64,000 nucleotides of DNA from Lama guanicoe. Lineage: Eukaryota. The stretch is taken from contig MU053376.1 in NCBI GenBank assembly GCA_013239625.1, positions 2,693,078-2,757,077 on the forward strand, written 5' to 3'. The notes under the pieces are model-generated. The model did no database searches. It saw nothing but the letters and a program-made list of their open reading frames with translations, and was not told the origin of the DNA. Both the position numbers and the translations under genes were made by a program. Shown here one piece after another: positions 49,009-61,034 of the stretch; the first letter of the stretch is position 1; every line of letters starts with the position of its first letter.

Positions 49009-50129
49009 CTGGGTTAAAAATTATTCTGGATAAAGAATGTATAGGGAGTGGAGAGTATAATGGGAAGGCTGGGGGCTGTTTAGCAAAAGCAGTTGAACAA
49101 GTGAAGCAGAGATGGGGACTTGTCAGAGAAAAGAGAAAAACAAGTTGCAAGATTTTTAAGTCAGAATGAATCAGCAAACAGCTTTAGCATCAGGGAAGCC
49201 ATTTTGTTAGTTAGCTTCCTATTCTTTTGCTGCTAACAAACATCATAATCTCAGACTTCCAGCCTCCAGAACTATGATAACAAAGTTCCATTGTTTAAGC
49301 CTAAATACATACATACATACGTACACACACATACATACATACATACATACATACATACATACACACACACCTACATACGTAATTCATCTGTCAAAATTAA
49401 ACAAAGGACAGCAAGCCAAATCAAAAGTCATCAGGAGAAGAGAATTAATAAGGTCTAACATTTCAGTGAGGATACATACAAAAACAAAACATTCAATAAA
49501 ATCTATGATCTCAAACAGCTTCTGGGTTAAAGGATAAATTATTCTGGATAAAGAATGTATAGGGAGTGGAGAGTATAATGGGAAGGCTGGGGGCTATTTA
49601 GCAAAAGCAGTTGAGCAAGTGAAGCAGAGATGGGGACTTGTCAGAGAAAAGAGAGAAAAACAAGTTGCAAGATTTTTAAGTCAGAATGAATCAGCAAACA
49701 GCTTTAGCATCAGGGAAGCCATTTTGTTAGTTAGCTTCCTATTCTTTTGCTGCTAACAGACATCATAATCTCAGACTTCCAGCCTCCAGAACTATGATAA
49801 TAAAGTTCCGTTGTTTAAGCCTAAATACATACATACATACGTACACACACATACATACATACACACACACATACATACATAATTCATCTGTCAAAATTAA
49901 ACAAAGGACAGCAAACCAAATCAAAAGTCGTCAGGAGAAGAGAATTAATAAAGTCTAACATTTCAGTGAGGATACATACAAAAACAAAACATTCAATAAA
50001 ATCTATGATCTCAACCTAAAGTTGAGAATCCTAAGAGTTACACAATGAAGTACAGACATTTCTGACACTGGGAAAATTAAAATCAGATTTAATGAACAAA
50101 GTCAATAGAAAAATGACAGGGAATAATTC

Positions 50130-50551
50130 TTTGTTATACAAATGACACAGGCAGACTAACTCATCAAAATGAGTGAACCGCTCACCTTGCCTTCAGCTAA
50201 GGAGAAAAGAGGAAGTTGTGGGTAGGGGTTTGGAACTTCAAAGGGGAGGTAGGTAATTTACATGGAGATGGAAAGCAAATGTTTGTTAAACAAATGTTTG
50301 CTGAGCTGGGCAAAGACGTTGGGACACAGAGAGGGCTTTTAACTGACAGACTCTGCGAGGTTCCTCCCTGCCTATCACACCTTGCGCAGACTGTAGTCCT
50401 GTATGGTGATAGCTCTTTTCTTGGAACACATCCTCTATCTACATTCTGGTAGGCAGTTGGGGGAAGGTCAGAAGTTCTTCCTGAGACTTTTGGGTCTTAA
50501 AAATAATCAGGCAAAACTAATCCTTATGCCAAAGAGACACAATGTGGGGTG
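50130..50551 (-). mobile_element. ERV1-type solo LTR relic
   Basis: gcaaatgtttgttaaacaaatgtttgctg...aaaataatcag...tccttatgccaaagagacac...ttttgctcccctaca (TGTAGGGG start on the - strand). Confidence 0.6.
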
Positions 50552-52492
50552 GTGAATTTTGCTCCCCTACAACTTCATTAAGTAAAGTAATAAATCAAAA
50601 ATTACATGCTGGATGCACCAGTTCTGTGGCTTTCTACAAATAAAATGGGCAGAAGCTGCAAGAACATAATTCCTCAGTGCTCCTGCTTTCCCACAGTATG
50701 ATAAAGGTGTTCTCAGCAGACACTTTGTTTGAGATGGTTCAGAAAAAATGGGGGTGAGAAGGCAGAAGAAGGCAGGTTCATTTAGAGGCATTTCCACTAT
50801 GTTTTGTCCTGTACTTTACAATGCAGTTGTTACTTGTTAATGGAAACAAGACAAAGACCTTAAAGAATCTGTGTTTTAATAAACAATCCAAGAGAGTAAA
50901 GGATTCTGTTTATATTTATTGCACAAAGGGGAAAAAAGAAATTGCTAAATTCTTACTCTCACAACACAAAGACTTCTCATAAGTTATTTAATACCTTTAA
51001 GAAAACAGAGGTGTCCATTTAAGTTATCAGGTCAACAAATTTTAAGTAAGACAGCTAGTCACAACTGCAGACTTTGTGGGATTATTTCAATGAAAGTTCA
51101 GGAGAGTTTGCAATCATTGTGATGCCTGGATGTTTTTAAAGAAATATTTGTCAAACAAAAGCCAACAGGATTATAGCATTTTATACGATCTTCTGTATTG
51201 AACAGAGGAGTTAGGCTGGTGTTATGTTTTGTTTGTTCTCAATTCACCAGTTTATCAGAACTGACTTTCTCTTCATTTTCTTATCTCACTGGGATTTGTT
51301 TCAGTGGTATATTTCCAAAATTAAAGACTAGAACTCCCATAGAACCCCTAGACAATAAAATTTCAGAAGAGAAGGAAAAAGGCAGAGAGGAATTTGAACA
51401 TGAAGTGTACAGTGCTCTAGTCCTGTGTTATCAATGTTATCTCCTTTTCCCAGATGATGAAACTGAAGCACAGAGACTAGGTAAGTGCTTACTTGTGGTT
51501 CGGCAAATGAGTAGAAACAGGATACTCTCCAGCAGTGCTACTTAACCAGCATGCTCTGAAGCCTCTAAAAGTAATCCCCAATTTCTACCCTCTTTTTTCC
51601 TCTATAGAAGTCCCACTTGTGGCCACTACCGCATTTAGAACTTGTGAGTTTCACTCGGATAAGCCATTCCCTGTCTTTCAATTCAGGGAAGAAAGCATGA
51701 TCAGAATTTCATCAAACACTTGGGCAAAGTGGAGGTTATGTCCATCTTTTTTTTGCCCAGAGAAAGAATGGAAAGAGAGAGCAAACTCCGAACTAGGCAG
51801 GTAGAGGATGGCCTTGCAGAGGACCGTTCTACCAGAAGTTTCACAATAGAAGCCGAGTGAGCTTCAGGGAACCAGATCGGCACATCGCATATTCATCCAC
51901 GAGGGTGGGTGGCAGGGCACTGTTAGTAAGCAACGTGTCTAGGGAGGCCTGCGGTTTGTCTCCAGAGCTCCGGAGGTCCACTGCTGTCCACTCACTCTGC
52001 AAAAACAGAACCTCCCTGGCTGGACCCTCACTTTGTGCAAAGAAAGAAACCTGCTGCCTGCCTTTTATCAGACTAAGGTTTCTAGTCAAGTGAACTATCA
52101 CACCAGAAACGCGGAATTTAGGAGTTCAACCACCCATCCTCAAGTTCGAAGGCTTGTAGACTTCCTCACATCGTTAAAAACGAAAGACAAAACAAAAAAC
52201 AAACAACAAAACTGGGCCGTGTAGATCCACCGTCAGTAACAACCAGCAACTGGGACAGAGGGTCTCAGACAGCCTTCCCTCTGAGCCCCAGATGGAGCTC
52301 TGTCATCATACACCCCCACCTCGGCTTAATCACTCAACCCTCAAACAGTTGTTAATTTAAGAGACAAGGAATCTTAATTTGCTGTCTAAATAAGGAATTC
52401 AACCAAACTATGGATTTTACTTTATCTTTTGAATGATGGGGAAAAAAGCCCACAAAATTTCAAACCTCTTCTTTCAAAATAAGACTCACAAT

Positions 52493-52636
52493 GGGGCAGG
52501 GTATAGCTCAGAGAAGGAGGGTATAGCTTAGTGCTAGAGTGCATGCTTAGCATATACGAGGTCCTGGGTTCAATCCCCAGTACCTCCATTATAAATAAAT
52601 AAATAAAAACCTAATTACCACCCCCTTGTCTTCCCC
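52493..52636 (+). mobile_element. Vic-1-like tRNA-derived SINE with duplicated 5' head
   Basis: ggagggtatagcttagtgctagagtgcatgcttagcatatacgaggtcctgggttcaatccccagtacc; TSD caaaataagactca(c/t)aa at 52475-52491 and 52637-52653. Confidence 0.88.
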
Positions 52637-54269
52637 CAAAATAAGACTCATAAGTATCCATAGCTTTGATAAAACAGATACATGAATTTAAATTTTACAA
52701 CTAGGGGTAACAACATTATTAAAATAACCAATCAGACTCCCATGCTTTCAGGGGGTATGTTGCTAACTGTAGGGTACCTTTTATATAGTGTGGTTCTGAG
52801 AGTCTTGGTAGGAGAGACTGTGGGAAATACGTTTTAACCAGGCTGACTTACAGTTAAGCAGTCCGCAGAGGCTTTCCCCTCCTGAAAGTCCCACTCAGAG
52901 AAAAAGGTCTTTCTTTAAGTTTGGGTAATTTATGACAGGGCAATATGTGGCATTGCTCCCAAGAAAACAATTATTTACTGTAGGGGAAAAAAAAAATTCA
53001 AACCAAGACAATAGAACTATTCATTGTGGAAAAATTACCGAAACAAAAAGCACCATACTGTGTTTAGGTTTGAGGAAAACTAGGAATGGTCTAGATTCAC
53101 AACACCTGACGCCTCAGAACGAGGAACAAGTGAAATTGTTTATCTTCGTCATCGAAAGTGCAGACGTTACACCGAATTTGAGAGTTATTGTAATTTTCAC
53201 AATTGTGATTGTTTTATATTTGTATATAATTACTTAAAACATGATTTGTCAAGTTATTATATTGTATAGCCAAGATACACGTACTTTTCTATATGTTTTC
53301 TATATGTACTTTCAAACAGGTAAGTGAATTTTGATCAGCTATGGTTATGTCTCCATCTAGTGGTAGAAATATATTTCAAGTACTTGTTCTATAAGGAAAC
53401 CTTATTTTCCTTATTTCCTGTATTTTCACACTGTGATACGTCTGCAGTGCTGAATAAATAGGAATTCCGGTGGTTGCTATTGGGTACATATCACTAGGGC
53501 CGCCACAATTTATCTTGCTGTTACACAGGAAGGAATATTTTCTGCTGAGCGATACGTTTATTTAAATTTTACTTTCTTCCATTCAAATAGTAGCATCAAG
53601 TTTTTTGTAATACGAACAAGATCTTTCCCTATAAAATATAAAATTCTAATTTAAAACCATATATTAAAGATACTTGTGCTTTTTATGTGATGAAGTCGAC
53701 TAGCTAGATGGCCATTTTATCAGCTCTGCCTGGTCCTAAACTTTAGAGCTGAAGTTAGTTATTAACACTTTACTTAAAAATAAAAAGTTCCAGGTATAAC
53801 ATTTAAATACCTTTGTGATGACTCTCCCTCAATTACCAGCTGAATCTTCCTGAGCCTTCATATCCATAACAGTATCAGTAAACACTCAACAAATCTGCAG
53901 CACCCCCTGCATTTATACACACGGTCTCACTTAAGTCTTCCCACAACTTTGCCAGGAGGATAAAAAATGTGTTTATGACTCTGTCTTATGATGAAGAAAA
54001 GGTGGTGCAGAGAGATCTTATAACTTATCCAACCTCAGTTAACAGAGAAATGGCAGAGATGGAAATTTATGGTAGATTTCCTGATGGAAAATTCAGGACT
54101 TTTTATGAGACCTCTTCCCACTTGCAATGATAATGATTAAGTGAGCTAATATTCATACAAATGCTTACATGAAATAGTAATATAAGTTAAATTACATAAT
54201 AAAGGTCTCAGAATGTAAGAAGTTTCTAGGCAGATAGGACAGAAAAATACTTCATAGAAGTGAATGCAT

Positions 54270-54297
54270 GTGTATACATATATATACATACATACCT

Positions 54298-54328
<31 letters not shown>
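54270..54328. repeat. (TA)n / (TACA)n microsatellite
   Basis: Read directly. Confidence 0.92.
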
Positions 54329-54331
<3 letters not shown>

Positions 54332-57300
54332 GTAGAATTGAACTGACCACTAAAATAAAAAATCTCCAGAAATTTGAGAGGTTTTAAATACATGCAATCT
54401 ATACAAATATATATTTTCTATGTCCCCACTCTTTTCCTATAGTCATCTTAAAACACTATTGGGGGAATTGTTGGTAAGTCAAGATTTCTGTCATAAATTA
54501 GAAGAGTGACTAGGAGAAGATGCTATATAGCTGAACATGCTATTTGTTTATAATAGAGGAAGAAAGAACAGAAAGAATGAATGAAAGAAAAAAGGAAAAG
54601 AAAGAAGCTAAGTGTCCGTATTTTTTGATTGTGTCTATAAGGCACTAAATGTAAGAAGCTGGCACGTGGGGGCTGGAGGCTAGTTGTGGAGAAGGGTAAA
54701 GTCAGGGTCTTTCTCTTGAAAAAGTTCTTGTTTCCCCTCCTCCTACAATTCCCTTTCCCATTTCACTCTATTCTCGCCAAAGGGATTGTGACTTATATAA
54801 AACTGTGAGACAACAGGAATGGAGGCCAAAGATAAATGCTGAGTCATGTCTTTTCTGTTCCTGTCAAGTTACTACAGCATCTGAGCAGCTAGTCTCCAAA
54901 TCCACTTGGAGTTCCCCTCTACTCTGTGATGCCTTAGGAACCTGCTACATGTACATGTAGAAAAGCAGATTCTGAGCACATACTCTACGTCGGAGGGTAA
55001 CTGAATTACAAGCTCAATTTCTGCCTCCCCCCTGCCACCGTCCCACATGCAGTCCTTTTAAAAATAGTGAGATGCAAAGTCCAAAGGTCTAATCGCAAAC
55101 TCAGTCTTCCGTGTCAGCCATTACTGAAGACAGAGGGGACTGGAATGACTTGTGGCCTTAAATAATCCAACCAGGTGTACTCAAAGCTAATCACAAAAGA
55201 TTTTAATTTTAGGCCTAAAATTGAGTTTGGAAACCTAGACTTTCTTCCTTCCTATCACAGGTAATGAATAAGTACAGACTAGTCCATACCTTTTTCTGCC
55301 CTGGGAAAGGTTCCATTATGTCTGGACACGTGACTTCCCAACTTGAGGTCAATACTATCTTAATTGTCTTTCACAGATCGGCCAACTCTGAGCATGCTCT
55401 CCAGCCCAGAAGGGCTGTTGAGTTGTATACGGAAAGGACACGAGCTGGGTGTCAGGAAATCAGCTTCTAGCCCTAGCTGTCATTGATGTGAATGTTCACC
55501 TACCTTTCAGAACCGTAATGCCCTCTCTTGCAAATTAAATGAGCTAAACTGAAGACTCTCAAAAGTTTCTTCTGGCATTACTAAGCTGATTCTACAGTTT
55601 AATCGAGAGCTGGAAATGAATTTCTGACTTTTGCTGCAAAAGTCCCTGGTAATGGAGTGAGTCAATTCTATGAGCCATCCTTCCAGAGAGTCTGCTGTAA
55701 AAATAACCGAAGCCAGCTTGGCATGCGTTCTTCCAAGACAGGATTCTTCTTTCCCTTTGCATTTAACATTTGCCTTGTCAGCAAAGTCGATCTTTTGTTT
55801 TACAAGTGCCAAGAGGACAGACTCCACTTCAGGGATGTCTTTATCTGCCTTTGGAGAATCATTGGTATCATGGCCTCTTTCCCTTTATTTATTTATTTAT
55901 TTATTTATTTATATTAAACTCTAATCTAAATTTTAAAAATACGTGGAAACCACAGATATTGGATTGAATTTAGCTGTTTTTCAGTAGCAGCTTGGGTTTT
56001 TTCTTTAAGGGTCCTTCTCAATCACCTCTCTGAAGGAGGAGTCACCTGTGCGGTGGAACATTGTCTCTGCTCTCAGCTTGGCAGTGGATCCATCAAGTCT
56101 GTCGTGCTTAGTGCTGGAGCCGCCTTGCTCCTGGATCCTTCTGGAGAGAAGTTCCCTAAGATCCTGACATAGGAGTCAGACACCCAAATAAATTATCCCC
56201 CTGCTGGGCTCCCCAGGTTTCTCAAATTTTTATCATGTACCCCCTCCCCATTCTCTCTTAGGTAAATCATCTCAAAGACTATTGAGAGTCCCAAGTTTTC
56301 CAAATGATTCATTCCTTTGCAGAAAGCAGCAGGAAGTTCCTCCTCCTTCAGGAAAGTCTGGGGCAACCCAGTTGCATAAATTTCCAGCTAAGTATCTCCA
56401 GGGATTTTCTTAAAGCAAGGAGGAATGGGGTCTGAGGTCTCCCGCCAGAAGTTCAACTGGAGGCCCTGCATTACACGAGCCCTCTGGGACACACCACCCT
56501 TTGTGGAGTTACAAGTAACAAGTGTGAGAATTCAGAGCTCCTCCTCACAGAATGGTCCCCTGCCCCTGCATCCCACCCTGCTCTGGGTCCAGATCCTTAG
56601 GTTGTCCTTGGTTGGTCCAATGACAGACTCCCAAAGGTGCCATCACCCACTCCTTCCTGATCTCCCATCCCCATTTGTGAGGCTTTGTTTCTTATGCTGC
56701 TTGCTAGATGTTTATTTTATGATTCTCTATGGGTCTTTGTGCATCTGAATTACTTAATAATAACCAAAACAATTTCAAAGGGTTAGACCTATTTTGTCAC
56801 TTCCCACATTAGCTAACTGGAAAATTGCTTCTTTTCAGGAAGTATTATTTCTTACTGAGTTTTTTCTAATGTTATATTTTCTTATCAGATTAATAGAGAA
56901 AATTTTAAAAATAGCTACTAGTTTAAGGAACATTTACATGCTTCAATAGTTAATAGTCATCTTGAGCCAAATAAAAAAGGTGAAATTTTGTCTTAAGTTT
57001 CACATTAAAGAAGTTGAACTTCATGCACACAAGTTTTTAATAAAATTTTAGAAAATGCCCTTGTGTTCTTTCCAACAGATACTCATTTCACACTATATTA
57101 GGCTGGTGTTGCATTAGGAGTCTGAGAGTATGCAAATTAAAATAACATGCTCCATGGCATTTAAGTACCTAATAATCAAATAAGGAGATAATAAACTCAC
57201 ATGCTAGAATTTAAAATTCTTTCTTGGAGCAAAGTATGGGATAAATAATATATTCATCAAAAGTTAAAAACCATGAGTCTGGAAAATGTATGACTTGAGA

Positions 57301-57985
57301 GGAAGAATAATGCACTTAATACTGTACATGCACCAAGGCAATATGGTAGACTGGGTTGACTTTTGAAGCTTCCCGTCCCACACAAAATAATTAGAAAAAC
57401 TGGATACAATAAACCCAAATTAATTTTGAAAATACACGTGACCTTGAAATTAAGAATGGGAAAGCCCCAAGTAGAAGAAATGAATATTCAAAATCAGTGT
57501 AGTGAGAAAGAGCTAAACCCAGTGGCCCGTGGAGAAGACAGAATGAAGTCAGTCCTTAGGGGGACGATGGTTTCGACACAGACCAGAGTTCTGGGCTTGA
57601 GCCCAAAGTCTCAGACATTGGCACTTAGAAATGGGCCCTTTCATAAACCTGAGAGCCAGTCTACAAAATGGAAAGTAGAATACCTTGCTCCCTCAGCCAG
57701 TAAGTCAGTAAAGAAGCAAGAAGGAGGAAAAAAATCAAAAGACTGCCCCTAAACCTCAGTCACTGTGTTGTATGAATTTGCATTGTCTGGTCTATATGGA
57801 AAACCCCAAATGGTAAAGTCTTATAAACACTGAAACCCTTGGGGCCTTGGCAGAGTCAAAAGTGCTCCTGTCCCATAGGGAAACCACAAACTATGACACT
57901 TCATTCCTGTGGAAACAGCTTCCACTGAAGAAGAGTTCCTAGTAAAAATGTATAACCCACAAGAGGAGACACAGAACTAGGGATG

Positions 57986-58013
57986 AGAGAGAGAGAGAGA
58001 GAGAGAGAGTGTG
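57986..58013. repeat. (GA)n microsatellite
   Basis: Read directly. Confidence 0.92.
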
Positions 58014-59027
58014 AGCGCAGGCAATGACCTAGAGATCACATCCAAAGAAACACAGATAATAGAAAAATACGAACATGCCTTCAGTTAAGAATATTTACTA
58101 TGTTCAAAGAAAACAGTTGAAATCGTATTGCAAGAGCAAGACATAATGAAAAGGATCAGACATGTGGAGCAAAACAGAAGTTCTAAAAATTAAAAATGTA
58201 GTAATTCATGCTTCCATATCTGACCAGACTGCGTAACTAGTACCAGGCTTGCCCTGTTCCATAAACAAGTAAGTTGGGTAAAATATAGAGAATAATTATT
58301 TTTGGACATGAAATAACAGCCAGAGAAAAGGGAAACAAATTAGCTGACCTCTACAATCACTCTGGATTCTATGTGGAGACATACTTTGGATGACAGCTGG
58401 CAGAGGGCATGGCCAGGCAGAGAAGAGTGGGCTCAGAGACTTGAAGAGATCAGAGTTCAGGGAGTCTGAAGTGGCAGGAGTTTTCTGGGGAGAGTGGAGA
58501 GAGCTACCCCCAGAAAGATCTCCTGAAATCCACCTGAGGGTCACCTTGCATCAGATATTGTAGAAGCAGCAGTGCAGAAGGGTAATCCATGACAGAAGGA
58601 AACAGACAAGGTTTCACTGCAGGAACACCTTCTACCTGGAGGCGGTTACCAGGCTCCAGCGCTGGGAGCCAGCAGTCTCGCTGGATGGACAGGCAGAGAC
58701 TGGAGTTTAGTGTGGGCAAGGGGACTAGAATTTGCAGGGTTGAGTATCAGAGAGAAGAGGAGCTGCACAGAATTCTACAGAGAGGTCCTCTCAAGGATAC
58801 TGGAAACAACACTGGGGGGACAAAGGCAGAACATTCTGGAAGCTCAACAGGCTGAGAATAGTTTCTGTCTCACTGGGAAGACCTCGACACATAGGCGATT
58901 AGGTAGAACCCTAAAAAGGTATTATTATTGCCTTACACCAGGGCCAAAGTAAGTCAAGTAAAGACTGTTCTGAACCCATTTAATAAAACTTAGGGGCAGA
59001 AGAATAATCTAATCCTTCTTTTCAGGA

Positions 59028-59420
59028 TTTTTTTTATTATGATAAAATATGCATAACATAAAATTTACCATTTTAACCACTTCTAAGTGTATAGTTCAGT
59101 GACATTATTCATATACATCCACCATATTTTGTAACCATCACCACCAAACATATCCATTTGCAGAATCTTTTAATCATCCCAAACTGAAACTCTATATCCA
59201 CTAAATGATAGCTCCCATTATCCCTTCCTTCCAGCCCTTGGTAACCTCTATTCTACTTTCTATTTCTATGAAATTGCTTATTCCAGGTACAGCACATAAA
59301 TGGAATCATACAGTATTTGTCCTTTTGTGTCTGGCTTATTTCACTTAACATAATGTCTTAATCCATGTTATGGCATGTGTCAGAATTCCATTCCTTTTTA
59401 AGGCTGAATAATATTCCATT

Positions 59421-59452
<32 letters not shown>

Positions 59453-59765
59453 AGACACACACACACACACACATTCATATGTATATATATATACTACATT
59501 AAAAAAATCCATTTTCTAATAATGGACATTTGAATTGTTTCCACATTTTGTCTATTGTGAATAATGCTGCAATAAACACTCGTGTTCAAGTATATCTTGG
59601 AGTCCCTGCTTTCAATTCTTTTGGGTGTGTCCCTAGAAGTAGACTTTCTGGATCATATGATAATTCTATGTTTAACTTTTTGAGGAACTGTCAAACTATT
59701 TCCACAGGGCTGCACCATTTTCCATACTGATCAGCAACGCATGAGGGTTCCTTTTTCTTCCCATT
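59028..59765 (-). mobile_element. L1MB-type 3' end with internal (TG)n/(CA)n tract
   Basis: aaaatttaccattttaacc...aaatggaatcatacagtatttgtccttttgtgtctggcttatttcactt...ttccttttta aggctgaataatattccattgt...tttttgaggaactgtcaaact. Confidence 0.88.
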
Positions 59766-60827
59766 CTTTTTAAAAACTAAAGTCACTTTAATTTTAATTC
59801 TTAAATCCTTTCTACCCAGCTGGTTGAAAATTCCTCTTCATTCCTTCTTGTGCCCTCCACATTCACCCCAGGGCTGTGTTGAAGTCCAAGGGGCACAGTG
59901 TTGGAAGTTGGGCCCTTATGTCCACACAAGTTATCATTGAAATGTTCTTTTCTTCTATTTGACACCTTCAGTGTTGGCAGAGTTCTGTTGCGTCCACTAC
60001 CCTGGAGACATGGGGCATTCTTATAAGGCAGGAAACCCCAGGGTCTATAAGTTCTTCTCCATGTAACGTGCAGCCATTTCCCTCTGAGGTCATGGAAAGC
60101 CCCAGAATTATTAGAAGCCCAATCTGGTCCCTGGTACCCTGAAATGCACAGACTCCTCTCTCAATCTCTAGAATTCATTTTGCTCTCTGGAGGCAAGTTT
60201 CACCCCTTCTTTTTGTTTCTTTCAAATCCCCAATTTCTCTTAAAAATTTTGCAGACCTTCACACCTTGCAACAAAAAACAAGAAACCTTGACTATAACTT
60301 CTGCATTTCTGTTAACCACATATTTTCCCAGAAGCAATGTGGGTCATGGTCTGGTCAATTGAATGATCTATTGAATGGGGGAAGGAAATGGGAAGATTTG
60401 GGTAGAGGGCACCATTAATACTTCAAAATATTATCCAGCCTAACAAATTCTTAGATTTGAAACAAAAATAAAAACTTATACATGCTTATGGAGAAAATTT
60501 GAGAACTACAATAAACAGGAAGGAAAAAACAGAAATTACTTGTAATCATAGCACCTAAAGTTAACATTTTGAAAAATAACCTTCCAGTCTTTTCTCTGAA
60601 CACAGAAATGTATTTTACAACTTTAAGTTCACACAGTATATATAGTCCCAGTCAACATTTCAGTCATTCTTTCTTATGTAACTAAATAAAATATTTTAAG
60701 CTTCTATTTCATGTGATTCCCAGAAATTGAGTGCTGTCTCTACCAGTTCTGAGGTTTCTGAAAGACAGGGAACCGGCTTCTGTTCTTCTGATTTTTTTTT
60801 CACCCACTGTTTCTGGTTTTATCTAAG

Positions 60828-61034
60828 CACTCTGTGTTTGACACTATAATAGCCACTAACCACATGTGGCTACTCACGTTGAATTTAGGGAAATTTAAAT
60901 AAATTGAAAAGTCAGTTCTCCAGATAGACTGGCCACATTGTAAATATTCAATAAGTACATGTGATGAGTGGCTCCTGTAGTAGCGCAGACAGAGAGTATT
61001 CCATCACTGCAGGCAGTTTCACTGGACAGCGCTG
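60828..61034. mobile_element. MER3/MER33-like hAT-Charlie relic
   Basis: tagccactaaccacatgtggctact...acatgtgatgagtggctcc...tccatcactgcaggcagtttcactggacagcgctg. Confidence 0.75.

Noticed and set aside
48527..49033. Paired near-identical short ORFs (MTVSPSWGWCPEV...)
   Set aside because: By-product of the 219-bp duplication beside the gap.
52493..52590. tRNA-like sequences here and at ~7265-7335, ~45612-45680, ~48080-48140
   Set aside because: They have A/B boxes but also AT-rich tails and TSDs and no intact cloverleaf; SINE heads, not tRNA genes.
59770..60420. Possible minus-strand ERVL gag/protease relic
   Set aside because: Only a vague resemblance; cannot be supported without a profile search.
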